From Botryllus schlosseri (Eukaryota): DNA of 64,000 nt. Within the stretch, counting starts at the first letter, position 1. Every line of letters starts with the position of its first letter. A model generated the notes under the pieces. It saw nothing but the letters and a program-made list of their open reading frames with translations, was not told where the DNA came from and did no database searches. The position numbers and the translations under genes are program-made. The stretch spans positions 38,442,001 to 38,506,000 of the forward strand of contig CM119372.1 in assembly GCA_051294905.1 (NCBI GenBank), read 5' to 3'. This document shows, one piece after another, positions 27,490-40,453 of the stretch.

Positions 27490-28656
27490 TGGTCAACACA
27501 AAGTAAGAGACAGACACAGACAGAGCAAGAGTGGGTTTCGGGTTTCTGAAGGGCAGTGACTCCGAATATGACCTTAGTTTTTTCAAATTGACTCTGTTTT
27601 TGGAGATAATCCATGGGGCTATTTGCGACCTCGAGAACGCTACACGTTTGAGTTGGGGACCCCTGTTGTTGACAGTCATATGCATTGTTTGAATTATTGA
27701 AAAATGCTTCCACTTCATGCTCAAGATATTCAAATCCGCAGCAAAAGATCCCAACCTCCACATTTGGTTGTCACAAAGCACGAGAATGGCAAGATCCAGG
27801 GCTGGATTCTGGCAGATGACCACACAAATTCGTTCCGTACGGGCTTTGAAATGTTGATTGATATCATGGCTTGCTTTTATGCTTGGAACCTATCGTATCC
27901 GAAAGATTTTCAGATTTTGTCTTTCGTCCAACATGTCGTAATAGGCGACAAAAATGCTCAATATGTATCCACCAAATTGGCCGATTTCTTTCTCAGATTT
28001 CAACAGTCTGCTCCGGCAGATGACTTTTCCTCAGCACGGGTTTGTCACTGATTCGTTTGAGTAGAGTGCTCAATATGTGTCCACAAATTTGGCTGATATT
28101 ATTCTCAGATTTGAACAGTCTGTTCCGGCAGAAGATTTTATGAGCATAAGTTTCCCACTATTCGTTTATCGCGTAGTATACTTTACTAGTACGTTACATG
28201 GTACAAATTATGTAATTAGTTAAAGTAATTTTGTTTACTTGGACTTCGCATGTGGTTTATTTCGATGAGAATAGGACTGCCGTTACCATATTGAAAAATT
28301 AGAAAATCCGGCAAGGTATCCGGCTCAGATTTTTGCTGCAAGTCATATTCCTTAGCATGCATGTTGATGTTTCCGTTTATAATAAAATGTTCCTTATAAT
28401 GGGGGATTCAAAAATTTTTTTTGTCGTCGAGTAGACACCAGGTGGATTTTGTATCATTTCTAGGACAGAATGGAGCTCGACATGTACGCCAGATTATTTA
28501 GTATTCGATAGCCATTCGCAGCGAGGCAGCGCCTAGATCGGAAGCACCTTAATAAAAAACACAATCGACAGCATCTAGGACATTTTATGTGAGATATTTT
28601 TTAACGAAAAAAGTGCTGTCTTTTCTGCTTGCAACGTCATGAAAAAATTTACAGTG
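27490..28656 (+). mobile_element. Right-end fragment of a second CACTA element with a SAMD3-like C-terminal remnant
   Basis: ORF 27704-28051 contains IMACFYAWNLSYPKDFQILSFVQH. The fragment ends AAATTTACAGTG then TA (reverse complement CACTGTAAA, as at 34050). Internal duplication 27958-28030 / 28069-28140. Confidence 0.7.
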
Positions 28657-29439
28657 TATCATGGCGCCGAGGCGCGAAGTTTATTCTTGTGGACTTACGC
28701 CGTGGATCAGTCACCCAAACATCGAGTAGCCGTATGTTCGCTATCATCATCAATTACACGACGAGTCCAACCTAGGATAATATAGTTCTTGAGCTCGACG
28801 AATTTTCTGTGACTGTATACGACAGGCACACAGTAAATAATTAGAATTGAACGGATCCCAGATTTAGAACTCAATCTTTACGTACTTGATTCGCAAATAA
28901 AACATGCTACTTTAATTTTCTGTTTACGGTATTATTAAAAATTATCATTAAACTTACTTTTTGAATAAATAGCATCTTTGGCAAATTGTTTTCTCTCGAG
29001 GACCCCCGGTGATCCTACTAGTTTTTGTTGAAATATAGCTCAGTTATCATGCAACCGCCATTTGTGTTTTGCGAATATTAATTGTAGGTTAGTGACAAAA
29101 ATCAACAATATGGCTATTCTTGAATAAAACATCGCACTATTGATGTGGAATTTGGGTCGATAGTAGCAATTTCTGCAGTTATCCAAGTTCAGGGATTATA
29201 CACTCGGAGTATTTGCTATAAAAAATCAGAATTTTTTATCGAAACGAGATAGTTATTAGCAGCATTTTCACACTTCTTCAGCAGTGTTTCACTCGTAAGA
29301 TCCGGACTCTATGGCAAGCTATTGGAACGTGTGCCCACCGGGTGTGGTGGAAGAAGACAAACAAGGTTGGTGGCCTTGAGTTGAAAATCCTCGAGTCCTT
29401 TTTATAAAGAATGTTCTAGTACGGCGTCGGGATGAATTC

Positions 29440-29615
29440 AAATTGAGACAACGCCAAATGTAATATTCTGACTTTTTCGTAGTGTGAATTGAGGTAGGAT
29501 TGACAAGCATGGCTACCAACTTTCACCCAGTCAAATTTCGAGATTATTCGCATATTGATTTGAAACAAGGAATTAAACATTAAACTCTATTAGCGATCTG
29601 GTTTATCCTTTGTCA
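29440..29615 (+). repeat. Diverged copy of Polinton-like arm segment 17228-17404
   Basis: Collinear blocks GTAGTGTGAATTGA..TAGGATTGACAA.CATG.CTACCA and ATTGATTTGAAACAAG..AACTCTATT..TTTGTCAA. Confidence 0.8.
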
Positions 29616-29801
29616 AAATTCGATTTTCGTAAATACTATCACCTTGGCGTCGCGATATTTCAGTGTGTGGCTACACACCATATAGTCAATGAATTAAACA
29701 TCACCCGATGTTGTAACTACTTTCAACTTTATAATCACGACCACCGGATACTTGAATCAATCACTGAGATATTATACCCGATGTTCTAATCACTTGCAAC
29801 C

Positions 29802-30692
29802 AATCCCTTCATACAATCCCGACCTAATCCCCCGTGGGATGATATTAATATATGTGTGGACGACAGTTTGTATTTGAAAATTGTCAATCTACGCCACCCT
29901 GTTGCTATTGAACTAACTTAACCAGTACATTAATTAAAAATATGGGAACCACACAAGGATCTACAGTGACGGCTCTAAAAACGACCAAGGATCTGGCACA
30001 GGATTTTTTGTCGGGAGTAATAAGTAGGCCTACTCATTAATGTCGCCCTCCCACAACAAGTATCCGTATTTACTGGAGTGGGTCAAAACGAGCAGGCTGA
30101 TCAGCTAGCCAGAAGTGCAGCGGGCCAAACCCCAGCTTCTGAGGTAGAACAAATCTCGCTGTCAATCAAGGAAGTATGATTGCAAATCGCCAAACACTGT
30201 GAGGAAAGATGGAATGCTGAATTCAGGGAATCATATGAATATACGCAATATCGCGAGATGTTCGCTTCGCAAACAATCATGCCAAGCTGCAGCATACCCT
30301 CACGAACAATCTAATCAATTCTGATAATATGGCAAACGGGCCACTGTAGACTCCATTGGCACCTTCGCAGAATCGAATGTCACGAGACGGGTTTATGCGA
30401 CACGTGCGATATCGACGAGACGGTCGAACACTTTGTAATTGATTGCGAACGCTATTCGACCCACCGCGATCTATTGAAGACGAGAGCGGCGAATCCAGGC
30501 ATACCGTTTCAGCTCACAAAACTGTTATCAGATCCACGGATTTTACTTCCAGTGGCTAAATTCGCTATCCTCACCGGCAGACAGTTGTGACGCTAATGGA
30601 TTTGTCCGACTCTGAAGACCTGGTGTAAAAAGCCGTAGTAGCCGAACACCATATGTACCATACTAACCACAACAACAACAACAACAACAACA
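29802..30692 (+). mobile_element. 5'-truncated I-group (I/Nimb/Ingi-like) non-LTR retrotransposon
   Basis: Decayed RNase H (PPW; IYSDGSK; QNEQADQLAR) and CCHC knuckle (TGHCRL..CDTCDIDETVEHFVIDCERY), (CAA)n tail, TSD ACTTGCAACC (29792-29801, 30693-30702). Confidence 0.88.
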
Positions 30693-30813
30693 ACTTGCAA
30701 CCCACCCGACGTAATCAAATAGTCGATTTTGCAGGATCTTAAGATTTTCACAAACCATTTTGTCCTCACGAAAACAATTAGTTGTTGTTGTTGTTGTTGA
30801 TTATTATTTGATT

Positions 30814-30910
30814 GGCGATACGGCCCGCGGGCCGGATTCGGCCCGCGAAGGGAATTTGTCCGGCCCGCGGAGAGTTTTCCGTCTTACATGGTAATGTGGC
30901 CCGCGGCCCC
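30814..30910. mobile_element. hAT-Charlie MITE end region with GGCCCG repeats (probable partner end at 33200-33266)
   Basis: Clustered CGGCCCGCG motifs; 33266 ends AAGTTGCCCTCCCCTG. Left TIR and TSD not seen. Confidence 0.5.
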
Positions 30911-31117
30911 AGTCTGCCGAGATTACCCACTACTTGCTTACTAAGTCAAATTTTAGTGACTGTATATGTTATTATATACGTGTATGCGCAGCGGCCAAAG
31001 AGTGGAGCTTACGCGTAAGTTCGTCGAAGCAAGAAGACTTGCATTATCGGCATCTACGATGTAGGCTACTCAACCCTAATGTCGTTTGTGGTAATCATGG
31101 TGTTTGTCGGCTACAAT

Positions 31118-32415
31118 CAGCACCGTAACTGCCGCACCCCAAACCCCCGAATTAGGGGGGGGGGCCGAGCTCGAAGGGGGCCCAAAATTATTTCGTGAAT
31201 TAGCATAAATCATAGAGTATTCTTTGAAAATTTATGCAATTTTTTAAAAAAAATTTCGCGCTCAACGCGAATTCAAGTAGCCATTCATCTTTATTATTGG
31301 GTATCGCGCCCTTACCGCGCCACGACCCACCAAGACATAGCATCAAGTTTTAGGCCATATAACATGCAACTCCAAGAAATGTGCTGGAACGATCGGCAGC
31401 GAGAAAACCTTGGCCGAAAAGGTCTATGACCTTATGCTGACCGAAGACTTCGTTATATATACAAAATACATAAAGGTTTAATTGTCCATAGGCGCCTAAA
31501 TGACTGGCGCCGAATGTTCCTGCCTTTGCAATCTGAACCTCACAAGACAAATGCAATCCAGCTGGGAAAAATTTTATACCTGTGAAGAAATACCAATTTG
31601 AAATCGTGTGCGTCTCTTAGTTTAGAAGCTTACGTTTGGGCGATTCTACATTTTTTGATATAGCAGACTGGAAGTCACGAAATAACATTATGTAACGAAG
31701 TCATATCGACGGGTCCGCCCGCCCTAAGATGTTTAATTATTATTTACGAGCCCTCCCGTTTTCAAGACACTTCACTCAGCTCTACCGGTATATCTAATTA
31801 TACGTGAGTATAGAGAGGACAATAAATTGATAGCATAATATATATGCAATCGCCGATCTGATTGACCGATTTTATCATAAATTATCCAAAATTTTCGCGC
31901 CTCGCGCTGGCTCACAATACAGTACAGATGATTTCGTGACAAACGCGAACAACGTGATGGAGGGGTCGTTTCATCACCCTATTGGAGCACAAGACCCACG
32001 TTTTTTTGGGCCTGATGAGGTGCTGTTTCGTTCCTGCCAACGGGTATATACGCCCGAAGATGTTTAATTATTATTGAGTGGTCCTACCTTTTCAAACACA
32101 CCTCACTCAGCTCTACCGGCAAATCTGATTACGTGAGCAGAGAGTAGATAAAAATTGATAACAATATATATGCAATTCCCGATCATATTGACCGATTTAG
32201 TCATGAATTCTAGAAATTTCCCGCGCTCGGCGCGCTTAGGCGACAAAAGCTGATTCACTAAACAAACTCCCAGCGAGTATGATAAATAGCGGGAAACAGG
32301 CTATCGCCGGAGGGGGGTCTGGGTGGCGAAGTCCCCAGAAGTTCGGTCTATAACCCTATGGGGGGTTCAAGACCAAAGTTTTGGGGAGGCCTGACGAAGT
32401 GCTGTTACGGCCCTG
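31118..32415. mobile_element. hAT-Tip100-like non-autonomous element
   Basis: CAGCACCGTAAC / GTTACGGCCCTG, perfect TSD GCTACAAT, internal duplication (about 31725-31900 vs 32055-32230). Related copies at 44258 and 52830. Confidence 0.88.
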
Positions 32416-32511
32416 GCTACAATGGTAATTTACACCAGGCTGATACTTCTTATTGTTCATTCCGTAACCGCCGATTTTTAGCACGGCACATTCCTAGGCT
32501 TTTGTAAGACG

Positions 32512-32775
32512 TAGGGTTACCATATTTTTGAAATCTGGAAAGAAGACACTTTTTAAAAATTTTCAGACTCGTCTTCCGAAATAGCCGCTGGAGCGTTACT
32601 TCAGTGCTAATTTACTGTATCTCAGTCGATTTCGCCAAATATTTCACCAAAATTCTCAAAAAAGAGGACAAAATCTCCAAACAAAAAGACGACATTTGGG
32701 CGTCCTCCGAGCACACTTTCAAAAAAGTCAAAAAAGAGGAGAAATCCTCGTAAAAGAGGACTTATGGTTACCCTA
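32512..32775. mobile_element. hAT-Blackjack-like MITE
   Basis: TAGGGTTACCATA / TATGGTTACCCTA, TSD GTAAGACG / GTAAGATA, AGAGGAC subterminal repeats. Confidence 0.8.
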
Positions 32776-34049
32776 GTAAGATATCGCTTATACAAGGGGT
32801 CGCCAACTCAAAACGGGTTGCGGGCCACTTTTCAAATTTCGTAGAGGTGCGGACCGCATGAATTCAATATCGAGATTAATCAGGCCACACAGTTGAACAA
32901 CGACGCTATCTCGTCAATTACTCAACCCTAATGAATTGATATCTTGGTAAATTAGGGGCACCGGGGTTATGGAACGCCTTGAAATCTTAATTAAGGATTG
33001 CAACGTGTGTTTATTGATCAGCTAAAAGCGGACATGGCGGCGCCCGTATGACAATGCTATTCTCAAATCCACATTGTCTTCGTCATTATCGGCGAGAAAT
33101 GGCTTCGAAGTGACATTGCGGTCGTTAAAATACATTCATTAAATAGGATTTAGTCCTTGTATATGTGGATAAATGGGCGAATTTTGTATCGATTCAGCAA
33201 TACGGCCCGCCAAGTACTTCATTTTCCTATATCCGGCCCGCCGACTGGAGAAGTTGCCCTCCCCTGAATTAGACCATAGAAATATTTTAAAAATGAGATT
33301 AGAATTAAATTTCCGGCAATTCGATCCAATTAGTCTAAGAGTTGAGTAGAATACTACAATTATCTATTCTGGCAAAATGCAATCATCAAATGGAGAGCGT
33401 TGGAAATATAGTACCTCCCTATTACCTAAATGATCATGCTTCATAGAGAACGCTTCATCCATAACATGCATCACCAACATGAACACTGTCAAATGTAGTA
33501 ATCCCTTCATTGCTCATGGATGAATCCTGTTAATCTATGGTGAAGAAAACCCGACGTCATATTTTGCATGAGCATTAAAAATATATGTAAGCCTATGCAT
33601 ATTTTATTCCTTTCAATGATCGCAGATATTAGTCTGTCTACTGCAGAAACTTTGAAAACTCCAGCTACTCGGTGAATGTATATTCCATGGAAAATTCCAT
33701 TGATTTTGCACGTCCCACTAACTTACTGACAAACAGATAGCGACATTTTCTCCAGCTTAAGATACCACTGGATGAATATAAAGCTCTCTTCCATAGTAAT
33801 TATGGCTCTCGGCATTGCTTTTTATATCTCATGCGATGTTTTCCTGTTAGAGCTGTCAGCGTAATTCTGCCAAGTGTTGCGATATTCTCTGAATTTATTA
33901 TGCAATAAACAAATTCATTGTCCCGTAGTTTGAGAATGGTGGGAAACCTACATGACATGCAGTTAATTGCAATCGGTTCTGAATAAGTGTACCTGGAAAA
34001 AGGTGCTCGGTTACTGCCATATTCATAACCAGTGTCTTGACTATATATA

Positions 34050-37000
34050 CACTGTAAAAAATATGGTAGATTTACTGGGAAATCTCTGTAAATTTTACCA
34101 CGAATTACCGGTCGCAGCCAATTACTGCGCGTAGCTTGACATTTTACATTTTGATATGTAATATTACCTTAATATAGCTGTAAAGTAAGTTACCAGAATT
34201 TCTTCGCAAAATTACTGACAGTTACCCGTTACTGCAGTTTACCGGGCTATTGGCAAAATTGATTAGCATCAAAATCGCTGCAGCCAGTGTATACGTAGAA
34301 CTGAATGTTACTGATATATCATTCTAGAGGTGATTTGACCTGATTGAACCTCGTTTGCGAGACTGGGGTCTGTCACACCGAAATTGTTGGCCCTAGTATC
34401 AATTTAAGCTTAGTAGGGTACAAGAAATAACTGACAATCGTAGCTAATGTGGTATACCGTAGCCATATTATATTATAAGGCAATGGCTGTACGGCCACTA
34501 CGGCCAGTCTCGCTGGTTACATTCGTTGTCACGGATAAGGCTGATAAGTTAGAAAATTAGTTCAAAATGTATAATATTGCTCGGGGAAACTAGAAATATC
34601 AGCACCGCATGCTCAGCTGACCATTTGCTAATGGCGGACAAGGCGACCTGTAATAGGTTACATTAGGTGACTGCTTTTTCTGAGATTCGTAGTAAACAAC
34701 CAACGCACAACTGTGACATCACAAGCAGCGTCTGGTTAGGTAAGTACAGTAAGTAGTGAACAACACATAGAATATATATCAATTTATACGAAATTAGATG
34801 AAAAAAGGGACTATGTGCAATGCTAAATGTTTCTGTATGGAAAAAACGACCCTGATCAAACATTATAACGTGGCCAGTAAATATTATTGGTGTCATGTGT
34901 CAGCGGATGAATACCATTTATTTCGAAATCGTTCGAGTGTCGTCTGGCCAGTGGCCATTAGTGAGATTTGAGCAAAGGGTGGAGCCAAGCTTGTTGTGCT
35001 TGAAGAAAGTGGACGCGATCGTTGAAGATTCCTAGGAATGCTGAATGGAATACGCATCTAAAAAGGTAATACAGTACTACATAGTATTTGTTACCGTGAA
35101 TATCTGACTCTGCACACCAGCCCTCGATGACTTAGATTTCATGATTAATATATTTCATTCGCCGCATTCTCTGTTCTATTTTGGGATATTTGTCGACTTA
35201 TATAGTGACCACATACTCCGCTGCGGAGGAGTTGAAACTGTTGGCTTGGTAATGTCATTTTCGGGCCATAGCATAGATATGTTGGCACTTCTTCGTTATT
35301 ACCCACACATCCAGAAGTGATCACCATGAAACTAATAAATGATTCCCATGAACATGTGAAAATTTATAAACGTCAAAATAAATTGTTTTTCGCGTTGGGA
35401 TTAGGGCTAGGGGAATATTAGGGTCGTGGGAAGGGGGTATAACTCGTATAAGGGGGGGTTAGGGTCAAGGTTGGGATATCCTAAGATTAGGGTTGGGGAA
35501 GGGGTTATTAGGGTGGGTTAGGATATCCTAAGATTAGGGTTGCGGGACGCGGGTGCTAGGGTAGGTTAGGGTCAAGGTTGAGGTAGGATATCCCAAGATT
35601 AGGGTTAAATTTGGGGTCAGCATATCCCAAGATTATGGTTGGGAATATTGTCATCTTCACCCCCAACCCTAATCTTAGGATATCTTAACCCCATCCTTGA
35701 CCCTAACCCACCCTTATACGAGTTATATCCCCCATCCCTAATATCCCCAACCCTTATCTTAGGATATCCTAACCTAACCCTAATATCCCCAACCCTAATC
35801 CTAGGATATCCTAACCTAACCCACCCTAATATCCCCCGGCCCCCATCCCTAATATCTCCCGACCCTAATCTTAGTATATCCTAACCCCAACCTTGACCCT
35901 AACCCACGCTAATATCTCTCTCCCCCATCCCTAATCTTAGGATGTCTTAACCCTAACCTACCCTACCCTAATATCCCTCTCCGTCATCCCTAATATCCCC
36001 GAGCCTAATCTTAGGATATCTTAACCCTAACCTACCCTACCCTAATATCCCCCTCCCCATCCCTAATATCTCCCGACCCTAATCTTAGGATATCCTAACC
36101 CACCCTAATATCCCCCTCCCCCATCCCTAATATCCGTCTACCCCACCCCAACGCGAAATACAATTCATTTTGACGTTTATAAATTTTTTTGTTATTGTTC
36201 ATGGTAAGCATTTATTGGTGTCATGGGGATCATTTTTTCGATGTGTGGGGAATAACGAAGAAGTGCCGATATGTTTTCATCCACTGCTGGATTTGTTTGC
36301 CACACAAGCCACCTTAAGGATCGCCACTGATGCGTGTCGTTCTACATCCTCCTATCTGTTCATGAAATCGCATTGTGTCTTATCGCATTGTACATTGTGT
36401 GTGACTTGTTCAGATAAAAATATAACCCAACCATGTTATGTTATGTTATGTTAAATTAGGAACCTTTTGCTTCAATACAGAGATAAAGTCATGAATCTCT
36501 GCTATGTCATGTAAAAGGCGGAGCCGTCATCACACAATGTGCCAGTACCGGTACTTCAAAACATGTTATATTTTTGTTAGCCCATTTGTCTTAGTCTTTA
36601 TAATGTCATGTCCACTGTCCAGGTTAGGAACTTTGCTTTATATAGCGACTTACGCATGAATTCTTTTTAGTGGAACTGCAAGATACTACTTACACAGAAG
36701 GAATGAGAACGAGAAAAAGAAACAATTGGAAGTTTGGCCGGTGGTGGAATTAATTCACGTTTTCTTGAGACCACTCGTGTTACTGCATGTCTTCTAAAGA
36801 AGAATTAGACCTCCAGCAGCAATATTTTTCCATCGATAACCACTTCATCGTGATATCATGAATGAATATACAGTTTGTTCCAATGTCGTTTTGGGGATGT
36901 GAAGAAAATGTTGCGATATTTTTGCATCGGGTTGCTTTGCGATAGGTATGGATGTACGTGAATTTACAAGCTGGTATGTAATCCTGATTTACAGGGACAG

Positions 37001-37242
37001 CATGTAGGTAGGTAAGGTAGGCGGTAAAATGACAGTCTCGATCGCAAATGTACAGGAGAACATGTAGATTAGATATACCGGAGGTGACTGTAACATTACA
37101 GTCTGGCGTGTAAAGTGAGATTACCGGACGAGTGTAAGTTAAATTTACATTGACTAACGGTAATGTTAGATTACCAGGAAATGTCTGGCTACCGTGCTTC
37201 CAAACATTTCGCGGTAAATCGAGGTTTTTATTTTTTACAGTG
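34050..37242. mobile_element. Non-autonomous CACTA/EnSpm element
   Basis: TIR CACTGTAAAAAATA / TATTTTTTACAGTG, 2-bp TSD TA, TTAC/GTAA-rich subterminal regions at both ends. Confidence 0.85.
35284..36267. mobile_element. GG-terminal MITE (Merlin-like, tentative) with internal telomere-like arrays
   Basis: Imperfect TIRs of about 115 bp, GGCACTTCTTCGTTATT / AATAACGAAGAAGTGCC; perfect 8-bp TSD GATATGTT; TTAGGG-like tract 35398-35645 followed by CCCTAA-like tract 35660-36150. Confidence 0.85.
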
Positions 37243-38429
37243 TACAAACGGGCGTGGCCGTTTCCGAGCTTACTTTCGAAATGTAGTTAAGTTGCAAAAG
37301 TGATTGAATGCACGGCACCTGGCAGACTTCAACAAATGGATGAGTACATTTTTTATTAAGACAAATTAGAGCGAAATGACTTCAAGCATATGAATGAGGG
37401 CGCGACATTTTTTACTATCATAAAGGGGGCGTCTCTAAAAATCCCAGTGCAATTACGGAAGCAAGCAATTATCATTGTGGGACAACAAATGTATATTATT
37501 AAAAAACAAAATAGTTGGATATTTCTAGCAAAAATACCGGGAATCCAAAACGTGTACGACCACACCAAATTTATCATTGTGATCTTGTTCATATCCCACC
37601 GCAATGTAGAGAGATAGGAATTTTAGATTCAAAAGTTTATGTTATTTCAAAAAATGTTCAACGTGTGGAACAGTGGTTCCAACGCTTTTTGCCTGTGTGT
37701 CGGGGCCATATTTTAAACTGCAGAGTACGAATGGAGTCGCATTAATATACTCAAGTAATTACAGCGAAAACTTTAACGTATTAAACATGTATATCAGGTT
37801 AACTCCATTTAGGGGTTTCAAACGCTTACACATAAATTTCTATATAGACACTATATCGGTTATTTAAGCTTTAAAGGTCAACTGCATCTTCATGACAACT
37901 TTGCGGAATCATGTTCAGAATTTTTTTTCATAACGAAATTACAGACTTTCCGTGTTTCAACTCAATCGGAAATTGCCGTAATTTTGACTGAAAGTTCCAA
38001 TATTGGCATGTTTACAGAAAAAGCAGAATGTGCATTGTGACGTCAAGTGAGTGACACATATTTTATCAACACCGGTCCCAGCGGCTGTTTGTGTTCTCGC
38101 TGTTTTTATTCTAGTTAGTTATAGCCGAGGTTTCCATTGTAACGGATTTGCCAAGTGATATTGAAACTGAGCCCGAGTCTCGGATGTCGAATGTAAATAT
38201 CATTTTTGCACGTACTTTCAAAATTACCGTTCAAATGCGGGATTGGTTCAGGTGTTGATGCGATCGATCCCACGTCAGTGGAACCCCTTGCAGTTGCAGC
38301 TTCATATGATGGTGATGGGTCATCAGCCTAGCTTGCTCAGCGCAAGCCACTCGTCGAGACTACATGAAATGTAGTTGTATATGTAGTCTGTAGTGTAATA
38401 GCTCGTTTCAGTCATGTATCTTGATAAGT

Positions 38430-38826
38430 TTGTGCTGTAAGGAGGTTCCGAGAGTTACTGACAGAACAAAAGTGTATCACAGAATTGCCAGGATTCAATT
38501 CAGTGTGTCTGGACGTTGACGTATTGGAGATGTCCTACTATGGATATCAACAGGAATATGGCCACAGAATAATAACATCGAGTTCGATGCATGAATCGGA
38601 TGAGTCTCTGATTCGGTTGCCAAATACTTATCTCGCACTAATACACTTATTTTCACTTTTCAGGAAGTTGAAACATACTGCCTACAGAAATTGTGTTCGC
38701 TGGGTATGGGAATTCTGTCGCAAAAACCAGCGGAAAATCCTGCCTGCATCCGTTGTTACTGCTGTCCGAACAAAATTTACGTCAAATTCTTACAAAGGAT
38801 TCCAGTTCAGTAACGCCACATTGTGA
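38430..38826 (+). pseudogene. KolX accessory protein (P2X7 cytoplasmic-tail-like), frameshifted
   Basis: LCCKE, then (frameshift) CITELPGFNSVCLDVDVL and HTAYRNCVRWVW..RKILPASVVTAVRTKF..YKGF. Splice acceptor at 38662-38663. Confidence 0.8.
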
Positions 38827-38884
38827 ATGTACAGTTGTATTACAAATAATAAACGCATACAATTAATCAACCAAAATAACTACT

Positions 38885-40453
38885 GTGTCAGGCAGAAAAG
38901 CATATCGGGTTTTATGTCAGGCAATAGCTTCCTCTCTGCTAATTTTGATTATGCTGCTAGTCAGAGGAGGTGGAACGGTCTCAGCACAATTGCTGAACTC
39001 AACAGTTTCTGGTCCAGTTCTGATGAGAGCTTGTCGACAAGCTCATTGCAGTAATCCAGAACAATATGACGAAATCTTATGATGCAGTCAGATCAACGGC
39101 AGTTACCAAATGTTGAATTTAAAAGTATCTTGTGAACCGTACATTCCCATTTTTGTACTTCGGGTATTTGACACAGTACCGCGGTGCTCCTTCTTTCGAC
39201 ATTTTCCGAATTTTCGAGCAATTTTCATTGAAATGCAGAATTGCCAACTGCATCCTACAAAAAATGCAAAATTGATGAGGCTAGTAATTATGCCAAAATC
39301 TGATATAGGTTGTTTTGAATAGCCGAGACACTGCAAGGTACCTACCTCACTTTTTGACTGTTATGGTTGTAGTGATATAACTTTGGGCAGAAATGATTGA
39401 GGAGGGCATTGAATGGTTCACTTCCAGCAGTGTTTCCATTCGGTGATAGATAACGTATGTCATTTTCCATTCACGTGGAGTAGAGAACATCGAAAATCCT
39501 TTCACATGCCAATGAATCTGAAAATGGATTGTCATAATGGTAAACAACACAATCAAAGATGCTATTCATTCAACTTAAATTTAGGCCTATATGTATCATG
39601 TATATATGCTGAATGGAGCAGTTTGTTTCTTTTTGATACAGTCAAGTAGGCAATTTCATCTTTATAGGATGTAACGGCATCTACACTACCCGTAAATCAC
39701 CTTAACTGCTGGTTGCTGATGAACATTTACAATATGATTAGCAACTGCTTGCCAGATTTCCAATGACAAATCTGGGTCTCCATCACCACGGCGTGCGCAA
39801 AAATAAACTTGACTCGTAATAGCTTTGATCCAGTGCCGAATTATTCTGCAGTCAGCTCGATTTGATAGTGCCAACAGCTTCTTGCGGAAACCTGGTGGAT
39901 TGTATCATGCGTGAATGGAAAAGAGTGACTGTTTAGAATAGATAGCCAGTCTCACCTTTTGCAAGAAGATCCCAGGTGTCAAATGTATGTTTTATTTCTG
40001 GATGCGTTTCTCTGATATGCTTTGATGCCACAACTTTCAGCTGTTCTTCTTGTAGAACAGCCATGCACCAAACCAGACTCTTGCACGTCCAACTCTGATT
40101 GACACATTGGACAATGTTGAGAAATGCTCATCAGTTTATTTCTGCCCACAATCACAAATTGGGTCTTGCTATTCTCCAGACATTCCTCTGAATCTGAATG
40201 CCTGCAAATCAATATCTTGGTGAAGACATGGTATAAATATGATTACACTGTTCAAGTACTCACTCTGACTCGCCATATAATTCTGCTGGGTGAAAGCTAT
40301 CATCTCTTGACAGGGATTGGATATCACTTTCACACAGTCTTCATAATCCTCTCCAGCCATAGGGTTCGGACAGCGATGAAAAGACACTTTGGGTACCGAA
40401 TATCGCGTATTGGAGCAACCATACGCGACACAAGATGTACCTCCGTGCCGCAT
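38885..40453 (-). pseudogene. Kolobok transposase with N-terminal THAP finger, spliced, deleted and frameshifted
   Basis: SCVAYGCSN..VSFHRCP (THAP); HCPMC; CRIIRHWIKAITSQVYF..WQAVANHIVNVH; GSEPFNALLNHFCPK; LAILHFNEN..RYCVKYPKYKNG. Confidence 0.8.

Noticed and set aside
35398..36150. Ancestral telomere-telomere chromosome fusion site
   Set aside because: The repeats are degenerate and enclosed within TIRs and an 8-bp TSD, nested in another transposon.
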